Source: Candidatus Hadarchaeales archaeon (GTDB lineage Archaea > Hadarchaeota > Hadarchaeia > Hadarchaeales > Hadarchaeaceae). Taken from it: a DNA stretch of 64,000 nucleotides. Both the position numbers and the translations under genes were made by a program. Shown here in pieces: positions 56,414-64,000 of this stretch (position 1 is its first letter; each line of letters starts with the position of its first letter). The notes under the pieces are model-generated. The model saw only the letters and a list, made by a program, of their open reading frames with translations. It was not told the origin of the DNA and did not search any database. Where the stretch lies: NCBI GenBank assembly GCA_038851075.1, contig JAWCLG010000002.1, positions 38,818 to 102,817 on the forward strand. The letters are read 5' to 3'.

Positions 56414-56760
56414 TGGTTCAGACCAGAAAGATGTTTGCATACAGGTGTAAAAGATGCGGTGCAATTTACTACCCCAAAAGGGCAAGATGCGCCAAGTGCA
56501 AGTTCAGGGATTTTGATGAGATTGAGCTCGGGGGTTCATGCACCGTGGTCACCTACACGAAACTGTATGCGATACCGAGAGGCATTGATAGGGTCCCTCT
56601 TGTACTTGGGATTGTGGAATTCGAAAACGGTGTTAGAGCTTTTGGTCAGATAAGGGCAGAAAATGTTGAGATAGGAATGAGACTGAGACCGGTGTGGGGA
56701 AAACTTAGAACATCTGAAGGCAGAGAGATGCATGGGTTCATGTTTGAACCGGACTCGTGA
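56413..56760 (+). CDS. DUF35 OB-fold/Zn-ribbon protein (thiolase/HMG-CoA synthase partner)
   Basis: CKRCG...CAKC rubredoxin-like ribbon plus an OB fold. 115 aa. Confidence 0.85.
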   Translation: MVQTRKMFAYRCKRCGAIYYPKRARCAKCKFRDFDEIELGGSCTVVTYTKLYAIPRGIDRVPLVLGIVEFENGVRAFGQIRAENVEIGMRLRPVWGKLRTSEGREMHGFMFEPDS

Positions 56761-56798
56761 GCAAATTTTAGTTTTGGCTAAATCTTTTACCAAGTTAG

Positions 56799-57092
56799 TT
56801 GCAATGTAATATTGTGAAGGTTAAGGTAAGATTTATCGGGCCTTTTCGGGATGCAGCCGGAGTTGGCGAGACAGAGGTATGTGGTATCAGCGATTTGCGT
56901 GGGCTTTTTGAGTACCTGGTCAAAAGTTTTGGAAAGCTGAAAAACGAGATGTTCGACCCGAAAACTAATAGGCTTCTTGATTGGGTTTTCGTTTCACTTA
57001 ACGGGACAACCGTAAGATTGCCTGAGGACTTCGACAGAAAATTGAAGGATGGGGACGTGATCGTTATCTACCCTCCGCTCGCCGGAGGATAA
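56799..57092 (+). CDS. MoaD/ThiS/SAMP-family ubiquitin-like small protein ending in GG
   Basis: 97 aa. The C-terminus reads ...VIVIYPPLAGG. Confidence 0.7.
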   Translation: MQCNIVKVKVRFIGPFRDAAGVGETEVCGISDLRGLFEYLVKSFGKLKNEMFDPKTNRLLDWVFVSLNGTTVRLPEDFDRKLKDGDVIVIYPPLAGG

Positions 57093-57133
57093 CTTCAGAA
57101 AATTTTATTAGATAATGGGGTGAAATTTTTCAC

Positions 57134-57628
57134 ATGAATTCAGAAAAATTAAAAGAGAAAAGAAGCACGCTTTTCACGGATGAGAGGAAGTGCACGGGTT
57201 GTAGATCATGTGAACTCGCCTGTTCTTTTTATCATTACAGGGAGCACAATCCTTCTCGCGCGTTTTTAAAAATAGTAAAAATAGAAGAACAGTTCAGAGA
57301 CGTCCCCGTGATATGCAGGCACTGCGGTAAGGCGCCCTGCATTGAGGTATGCCCTGTCGGAGCGATTGGAAGGAACGAGAGGACGGGGGCGGTGGTTATA
57401 GATCAGGAAAAATGCATAAGATGCAGGGCATGCGTCGAAGCCTGTCCGTTCTCAGTAATAATTGTCGACCCAAAAACTGGAAAAATAGCCAAGTGCGATC
57501 TGTGTGAAGGAAACCCTAGATGTGCCCAGGCCTGTGTAACCGGAGCTATTTTTTTTCGGAGGTCGGACGTAGGACCTAGGGTTCTGATGAGAAGCAAAAT
57601 AGAGAGGAAAGAGATGAAAAAACCGTGA
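57134..57628 (+). CDS. 4Fe-4S ferredoxin-domain protein (multi-cluster)
   Basis: Several CxxCxxCxxxCP motifs. Confidence 0.8.
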   Translation: MNSEKLKEKRSTLFTDERKCTGCRSCELACSFYHYREHNPSRAFLKIVKIEEQFRDVPVICRHCGKAPCIEVCPVGAIGRNERTGAVVIDQEKCIRCRACVEACPFSVIIVDPKTGKIAKCDLCEGNPRCAQACVTGAIFFRRSDVGPRVLMRSKIERKEMKKP

Positions 57629-57638
57629 GGTTGGGAAT

Positions 57639-59537
57639 ATGGATGAAAAAATCTATGGATGGGCTGGAGTAATTTTGAGGGTTGATTTAAACAGGGAGAA
57701 AGTAGTGAAGCAACCACTGCCAGAAGAACTTTCGATGAACTTTCTTGGGGGAGCCGGAATAAACGCCAAGATTCTGTACGATGAGGTTCCGCCAGAGGTG
57801 AACGAGTTTGACCCGGAGAACAGGCTCATTGCTGGAGTCGGGCCCCTCACCGGAACACTTCTTCCAACAGGCGGAAGAACAACGTTCACCGCTAGAAGCC
57901 CCCTGACATTTGCCTTTGGAGACAGCAACGTCGGAGGTCATTTTGGTTCAGAGCTCAAATTTGCAGGTTACGATATCATAGTTTTTCAGGGGAGAGCCAG
58001 CAGGCCTCTTTATCTGTGGATCGACGATGACAAAGTTGAGCTCAGAGATGCATCAAAATTATGGGGAAGGGACGTTTTCCAGACAGACGATATGATAAAG
58101 GAGGAGCTGGGAGACCCGGACCTGAAAATAGCCTCAATTGGCCCAGCAGGCGAAAACTTGGTGAGAAGCGCTGCGATAATGACAGATCGTACAAGAGCCG
58201 CAGGCTGGGGAGGAGTGGGAGCTGTAATGGGATCAAAGAGGCTGAAGGCAATAGCTGTACGTGGGACTAGGGGAGTGCAGGTGGCACATCCCGAGAAAAT
58301 AGAAGATCTGTTCAAGAAATGCGTTCAGATGATGAAGGGTGCAGCGAAGTACAAGTGGTACAGTTATTACGGAAAGCCATGGCTCACATGGCTTAGAAAC
58401 GAAAAGCAAAAGTCTAACCCAACCAAGAATTTTACCCTCCCGCGGGTCCCTGCTTCAGAGTTCCCGAAGGTCGACCATGAAGCTTTTGCCAAGCATATAA
58501 TCAGATGGAAGGGCTGTTTCAACTGCCAGATGCACTGCGGGCACGTTTTGAGGGGATTGGCAGGGCCGTATAAGGACATCGTGGGGGAAGGATACGAATA
58601 CAACCAGCTTATAGACGGTTACATGATGGGAATATTCGACCTCAATTTTGTCCTGAAGTGGACTGTCGAGACAAACAGGCTTGGAGTTGACTGCGACTGG
58701 CCTGCATACACAATCGCCTGGGCCATGGAGCTCTGGGAAAAAAGGATCATCTCAGAAAAGGACACGGATGGCATAAAGCTGGAGTGGGGAAACCAGGAGG
58801 CTGCACTTACGATGCTTAACAAGATAGTCTACAGGGATGGTTTTGGGGATCTGCTCGCGGAGGGGGCCTGGGTTGCGTCCAAGAAGTTGGGCAGAGGATC
58901 CGAAAAGTTCGCGCATCACTCAAAGGGAGGCAGACTTGAGATAGACCCCAGGACCGGATGGGGGACGGCCCTTTCACACGCCACCTCGACAAGGGGGGCC
59001 GATCATCTTAAAGGAATGCCGCTCAGCAACGCTTACGGAAAGTGGGCCGGAATAGAGTACAACTATGCAGACGACAGCAGCGTGGAGCACAAGGCTGAAG
59101 CAGTGATATTTTTTGAGAATTTAAATGCGGTGATTGACTCTCTAACCCTTTGCAAAAATGTCACCTGGACTCAAAGCGAGGACAGTTTTGGTCTTCCGGA
59201 GTTCTCCGAGTGGATGTACGCGGTTACTGGACGTGAGTTCTCTCCTGTTAGACTGCTGGAGATAGGGGAGAGGATATATAATGTTGAGAGAGCGTTCAAC
59301 TCAAAGTGCGGACTTACAAGAGACAATGACACATTCACCGACAAATTTTTCACGGAACCGATTGAGTCGAAGATAAGGGTGCTGGACAGGAACATTTTCG
59401 AGAAGCTGAAGGATAGGTATTACGAAAAGAGGGGATGGGATGTGAAGACCGGACATCCAACAAAGGAAAAACTAGTGTCGCTTGGTCTGAGCGATGTTGC
59501 GGACGACCTCATAAAAAGAGGAATTATTAAGGGATAA
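57639..59537 (+). CDS. aor: Tungsten-containing aldehyde:ferredoxin oxidoreductase (AOR family)
   Basis: N-terminal GWAGVILRVDL...FLGGAGINAKILYDEV is typical of AOR. 632 aa. Confidence 0.9.
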   Translation: MDEKIYGWAGVILRVDLNREKVVKQPLPEELSMNFLGGAGINAKILYDEVPPEVNEFDPENRLIAGVGPLTGTLLPTGGRTTFTARSPLTFAFGDSNVGGHFGSELKFAGYDIIVFQGRASRPLYLWIDDDKVELRDASKLWGRDVFQTDDMIKEELGDPDLKIASIGPAGENLVRSAAIMTDRTRAAGWGGVGAVMGSKRLKAIAVRGTRGVQVAHPEKIEDLFKKCVQMMKGAAKYKWYSYYGKPWLTWLRNEKQKSNPTKNFTLPRVPASEFPKVDHEAFAKHIIRWKGCFNCQMHCGHVLRGLAGPYKDIVGEGYEYNQLIDGYMMGIFDLNFVLKWTVETNRLGVDCDWPAYTIAWAMELWEKRIISEKDTDGIKLEWGNQEAALTMLNKIVYRDGFGDLLAEGAWVASKKLGRGSEKFAHHSKGGRLEIDPRTGWGTALSHATSTRGADHLKGMPLSNAYGKWAGIEYNYADDSSVEHKAEAVIFFENLNAVIDSLTLCKNVTWTQSEDSFGLPEFSEWMYAVTGREFSPVRLLEIGERIYNVERAFNSKCGLTRDNDTFTDKFFTEPIESKIRVLDRNIFEKLKDRYYEKRGWDVKTGHPTKEKLVSLGLSDVADDLIKRGIIKG

Positions 59538-59540
59538 ATC

Positions 59541-60524
59541 TTGATAGTAGACTTTCATGCGGAAATCATAACAAAGCGCTACTTTAAGAGGATGTTGAGA
59601 TCACGTGGAGTTCCAAGGATCGAAACGGTGAAAGGAGGATATAGGATTTTTTACGGGGATAACCTGGCGTACCATTTCGACAATAGAATGCTTGAGATGG
59701 ATATCCGTGAAAGAGAAATGGAACAAAGCGGGGTGGATATCCAGGTTATAGGGCTGGCGATGCCGGGTGTTGATATGCTGAAAAAGAGAGAGGCCATCGA
59801 CGCTTCAAAGGAATCAAACGATGACCTCTGTGAAGTCGTTGGAAAGAGCTCCAAGTTTTTGGGGCTTGCCACCGTTCCAATGAAATATCCCGAAATTGCG
59901 GTTAGGGAGATTGAGAGGTGTGTGGATGAGCTCGGGCTGAGCGGATTAAAAATACCATCAAATGTCGACGGGGTACCGCTTGACTGGGAAGGTTTTCACC
60001 AGATATATGAAGCTGCTGAAGAGATGGGCGTTCCCGTCATGATCCATCCGGCAAAACCCGTGATGGCAGATTTCACGATGGAATACGGATTGACTAACGT
60101 TGTTGGCTTTTTATTTGACACCACACTGGCAGCTCTCAGACTTGTTTTTGGAGGAGTCATGGAGAAATTCAGAAAATTAAAGGTCATCCTCCCTCATGCT
60201 GGAAGCACCATTCCTTACATCATAAGCAGGATAGACCACCAGCACGGCATAAACGTAGACTGCAGAGAGCATATACGCCGTCCCCCGAGCAGTTATATAA
60301 AAAAGATTTACATAGACACAGCGCAGGCTTTCCATGCTCCGGCGTTTATGTGCGCCAGAGAGCTGATGACCTCAGACAGGATTATTTTTGGAACCGATTA
60401 TCCTTTTGCGTCAATAGAAAAGTCTGTGGAGTTCATAAGGAGCCTTGATATACCAGAGGATGAAAAATCAAAAATTTTATACAAAAATGCTGAGGTAATC
60501 CTAAAGGTATTACGGGAAAAATAA
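59541..60524 (+). CDS. Amidohydrolase-2 family metal-dependent hydrolase (ACMSD-like)
   Basis: TIM-barrel amidohydrolase-2 pattern (DFHAE..., ILPHAGSTIPY, GTDYPF). Confidence 0.75.
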   Translation: MIVDFHAEIITKRYFKRMLRSRGVPRIETVKGGYRIFYGDNLAYHFDNRMLEMDIREREMEQSGVDIQVIGLAMPGVDMLKKREAIDASKESNDDLCEVVGKSSKFLGLATVPMKYPEIAVREIERCVDELGLSGLKIPSNVDGVPLDWEGFHQIYEAAEEMGVPVMIHPAKPVMADFTMEYGLTNVVGFLFDTTLAALRLVFGGVMEKFRKLKVILPHAGSTIPYIISRIDHQHGINVDCREHIRRPPSSYIKKIYIDTAQAFHAPAFMCARELMTSDRIIFGTDYPFASIEKSVEFIRSLDIPEDEKSKILYKNAEVILKVLREK

Positions 60525-61792
60525 TGCCAGAAAAAGATTTCAATTCGCTGATTGACGAGGCCAACATTTCCGCGGTTGAGCGGATCATGGAATCGCATCC
60601 TTTTCTTGTTGGAATTGACAGGGCTATCAGAAAGATACCTGGAATGAAAGAGCGCATGCTTCTGCATGCCGGATATCCCCGCCTATCCTGGGAGGAGATG
60701 ATAGGCCCCATGAAGGGAGCTGTAATAGGGGCAATTCTGTATGAGGGATGGGCGGATTCCAAAGAGAAGGCTATCCGGATGGCCGAAAGGGGAGAGATAG
60801 AGTTCTCGCCGACAGTGGACCACAGTTCAGTCGCCCCGATGGCAGGAATAATCTCCCCGTCCATGCCTGTTTTTTTGGTTGAGAACAGAACATACGGAAA
60901 CTTTGCTTATTCCAATATAAACGAGGGACTTGGAAAAGCGCTGAGATTCGGTGCTTTTGATGATGAGGTGATAAAAAGGCTCAGATGGATCGAGGAGGTC
61001 CTAATGCCGAGCCTTGAGATAGTGCTCAGGGAGATGCGTGAGATTGATTTGAGGGGTTTTATAGAGGGGGCCCTTCACAGGGGAGATGAATGCCACAACA
61101 GGAATAAGACAGTTTCTCTGATGTTTCTCTCCAGCATATCCTCTGTCCTGATAAGATCGGATCTAGACAGGGAGAAGGTCGCTGAGGTCGTTGATTTCAT
61201 CAACGGAAACCCTCACTTCTTTCTCAACCTTTCAATACCTTCCAGCAAGTGCTCTCTTGACGCCGCCCATGGAATAAATTACAGCACAGTGGTCAGCGGC
61301 CTTACAACAAACGGAAAAAATCTGGCAATGAGGGTGAGCGGCTTGGATAACTGGATAACCGCACCTTCAGTTATTGCAAAGGCCAAGTACTTCAGAGGTT
61401 TTGATGAAAGCTGTGCGGCCCCGGTCCTTGGAGACTCTTATCACTCTGAGCCGGCAGGTATTGGAGCTTTTGCAATGGCTGCGGCTCCCGCGATAGTGAG
61501 TTTTGTCGGGGGGGAGCCGGATATGGGGTTCAAGGCGACAACAGAGATGTACCGAATAACAGTGGCCGAGCACAGGTACTACAAAATAGCGAATCTTGGG
61601 TATCGCGGGACTCCAACGGGAATTGACATAAGGAAGGTCTTGAAAACTGGAATAACGCCGATAATAAACACGGGAGTTGCGCATCGTGAGCCAGGTGTTG
61701 GTCAGATAGGTGCGGGGATACTCAGGTTGCCAATGGAACTTTTTACGAAGGCGAAAAAGGAATTTGAAGAAAAATACGGAGTACGGCTGTGA
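60524..61792 (+). CDS. Hypothetical 422 aa protein, possibly DUF1116/YlbE-like
   Basis: Protein-like composition. Start coupled to the upstream gene. The family assignment is a guess based on size and context. Confidence 0.6.
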   Translation: MPEKDFNSLIDEANISAVERIMESHPFLVGIDRAIRKIPGMKERMLLHAGYPRLSWEEMIGPMKGAVIGAILYEGWADSKEKAIRMAERGEIEFSPTVDHSSVAPMAGIISPSMPVFLVENRTYGNFAYSNINEGLGKALRFGAFDDEVIKRLRWIEEVLMPSLEIVLREMREIDLRGFIEGALHRGDECHNRNKTVSLMFLSSISSVLIRSDLDREKVAEVVDFINGNPHFFLNLSIPSSKCSLDAAHGINYSTVVSGLTTNGKNLAMRVSGLDNWITAPSVIAKAKYFRGFDESCAAPVLGDSYHSEPAGIGAFAMAAAPAIVSFVGGEPDMGFKATTEMYRITVAEHRYYKIANLGYRGTPTGIDIRKVLKTGITPIINTGVAHREPGVGQIGAGILRLPMELFTKAKKEFEEKYGVRL

Positions 61793-61793
61793 T

Positions 61794-62588
61794 TTACTCT
61801 TCTATGAACGCGACCACCCTACATGGGCAGGATTCCCCACCAACTATCTTTAACGGAAAACATCCTATGTAGGCTCTTCTGTTAAGGACTTGATCAATGT
61901 CGCCCCCAACGTTTTCCACGTGAATTATCTCGTGAGGTTTTGGAAACAGGGTTGCGTGCATCATGTGGTCCATGTCTGCAGTGAATATCTCATCCAGAGG
62001 TCTGCCCAGCTTTTCCTCCGCTTCTCTGGCCACGAGCGGATTCATCTTCCTCAGGCAGGTGTTCATCGGATGGTCAGCGGATCCGCAGTCAACTCCGATC
62101 CACTTAAAGTTCATCTTGGCGCACCAGTCCCTGAACTCGCGATGTGGTCCGGGGTGCTTATAGAAGTAGGCAATTTCATCGGGGTCCCTGTCTCCAGGAA
62201 AATACTTGTGGAATCCAGTGTGAATTATCAGAATATCCTCTCTTTTTATTTCCACCTTGCCCTCGAAGTTTTTTGGAGAGTAGATCCCGTAAGCACCGAC
62301 CTCGCTCACATCGACTATCGCTCCCTCCCCGAAGAGCTTGTCTATCGGGAGACTGCTCAGGTCGCGACCCTTTGGATCAAAGTGGAGTGGGCCGTCCAGG
62401 TGTGTGCTGATATGAGTCGTGAATTTTATTTCCTGCTGTCCGTATCCATCGGTCGAGATCCTGTTCACGTACCTTATGGTCGGTGAAACACCTCCGGGCC
62501 AAGGTGGAGTGAATATGCCAAGGGGCTGGGTCAAATCAACGGCCCGTATTCTCGCCATAATAATCAAATAGACGTGTTGCTCATACAA
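61794..62588 (-). CDS. Putative cyclase / kynurenine-formamidase-like family protein
   Basis: The HISTHLDGPLHF motif is typical of the cyclase family. The probable start is MARIRAVDLTQPL; the annotated ORF extends to 62735. Confidence 0.75.
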   Translation of the reverse strand: MYEQHVYLIIMARIRAVDLTQPLGIFTPPWPGGVSPTIRYVNRISTDGYGQQEIKFTTHISTHLDGPLHFDPKGRDLSSLPIDKLFGEGAIVDVSEVGAYGIYSPKNFEGKVEIKREDILIIHTGFHKYFPGDRDPDEIAYFYKHPGPHREFRDWCAKMNFKWIGVDCGSADHPMNTCLRKMNPLVAREAEEKLGRPLDEIFTADMDHMMHATLFPKPHEIIHVENVGGDIDQVLNRRAYIGCFPLKIVGGESCPCRVVAFIEE

Positions 62589-62654
62589 TAAATATTTTCC
62601 GATGTTTTTAGGACCCACGAATAATTTTTTATCCAACCGGTGTAGTAAGTATTT

Positions 62655-64000
62655 GATGAAGTCCAAAGGGCATTCCGGTGAAGTGGTTCTGGAGATGAAG
62701 GGGATAACAAAGAGATTCCCCGGAGTCGTTGCCAATGATCACATAGATTTTGTTCTTAAGAGGGGCGAAATCCACAGCATTCTAGGAGAAAACGGAGCCG
62801 GAAAGACCACCCTGATGAAAATTCTTTACGGGCTCTATCAGCCGGACGAGGGTGAGATCAGAGTATTCGGAAAAAAAGTGCAAATAAAATCCCCAAGGGA
62901 CTCTATCAGACTGGGCATAGGACTTGTCCCTCAAATAAGCATGCTTGTTCCAACTTTGACCGTGAGGGAAAATATCGTCCTGGGGCTTGAGCCCTGTAGA
63001 GGCGTGTTTATCGATGTCAAGGAGGAGATAAAAAGAATAAACGAACTACAGAAAAAGTTCGGATTGGAAGTTCCTTTAGATGCTAAGCCGTGGCAGCTTT
63101 CTGTCGGAGAAAAACAGAAGGTGGAAATACTCCGTGCTCTCTATCGCGGCAGCAAAATCCTGATAATGGACGAACCAACTTCAGTGCTGTCTCCTCCTGA
63201 AAAAAAGTCACTTCTTGAGAGCATGAAAAAAATGGCCAGGTCTGGGATAGCCTCGGTTCCTTTCATCACGCATAAGATCCCGGAGGTCTTGGCGGTGAGC
63301 GATCGCATTACCATTCTTAGGAGAGGCAAAGTAACGGGAAGACTTGAGACAAGAAAAGCATCCAGGGAAAAAATAATAATGAGCATGATAGGAAGGTCCG
63401 TGGAATTCAGAAGAGAGAGAATTAGCGCCAAAAAAGGCAGGAAGATACTTGAAGTTTCGTGCCTGAAAAGCTTCAGCGACAAGGGAGTTCTTGCGGTTAA
63501 GGGAGTCTCTTTTTTTGTTGGCCAGGGGGAGATTCTCGGAATAGCCGGGGTTGCCGGAAACGGCCAGAAAGAGCTGGCTGAGACAATAATGGGTCTCAGA
63601 AGAGCTTCCGAGGGAAAAATACTGTATGCCGGAAAAGACATCACAAACAAATCGCCTTCCTTCATACGTTCTTTAAATATCGGTTTCATCCCCGGAGAGA
63701 GGTTTAAGTGGGGAATTTCGCCAAGCCTGACCGTATATGAAAACGTGGCAATGGGTTACTACAACAAGTACCCATTTTCGAAAAGGGGAATGCTGAACTA
63801 CGGTGAGGTTATAAGGCTCACCGAGGAGTTGATTAAAAAATTTGATATAAGGGCACCGTCTCCCAGTACAGTGGCTAGAACTCTATCAGGTGGGAACATT
63901 CAAAAGCTGATTCTGGCAAAGGAGCTCTCATCCAGCCCCGGTTTTATACTGGCGGAAGAGCCAACGGCCGGGCTCGATGTCGGGTGCCAGGAGTTCATTC
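62655..64000 (+). CDS. Dual-domain ABC transporter ATP-binding protein (sugar/nucleoside BMP-type), running off the window end
   Basis: The hand translation starts MKSKGHSGEVVLEMKGITKRFPGVV...GENGAGKTTLMKIL, with a second Walker A GIAGVAGNGQKELAE later. The gene is absent from the ORF track because no stop occurs inside the window. Confidence 0.85.

Noticed and set aside
63141-63689. Minus-strand ORF of 182 aa
   Set aside because: It is antisense to the hand-translated dual ABC ATPase gene.

Overview
Archaeal (euryarchaeal) chromosomal window at about 50% GC. The thermosome, split LplA, Hef with a truncated nuclease domain and a Tes-like lipid gene suggest a Thermoplasmata-like lineage. Gene density is high on both strands, and start codons include GTG and TTG. 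Main contents, in order:
- Lipid genes: a Tes-like radical SAM divergent from CDP-archaeol synthase, a B12-binding radical SAM, and a geranylgeranyl reductase.
- Replication and repair genes at the left end: archaeal DnaG, a Zn-ribbon plus Toprim mini-protein pair, an Hjc-like nuclease, a Hef helicase, and a first Orc1/Cdc6.
- Lipoylation and glycine cleavage locus: lplB, lplA, two LipS-type radical SAM genes, gcvH, gcvPA, gcvPB.
- Replication island: an ORB repeat array, MCM, a GINS-like ORF, a second Orc1/Cdc6, PolD DP1, a HAD hydrolase, and PolD DP2.
- An aspartate-family operon: ACT protein, hom, thrC, glyA.
- Central and secondary metabolism: apgM, tyrS, a thiolase with its DUF35 partner, tungsten AOR with a ferredoxin and a MoaD-like protein, and a secreted GH16 glucanase.
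- RNA genes: three tRNAs (Pro-CGG, Ser-CGA, and an intron-containing Trp-CCA whose intron carries box C/D motifs), and a GC-rich candidate structured ncRNA.
Most notable is a low-GC islet at about 30.3-31.0 kb downstream of tyrS (convergent with ORF133). It carries three full origin-recognition-box (ORB) cores, two of them inverted around an AT-rich unwinding element. Directly beside it is a PriS (primase small subunit) homolog in which the catalytic Asp, Arg and His motifs appear replaced.
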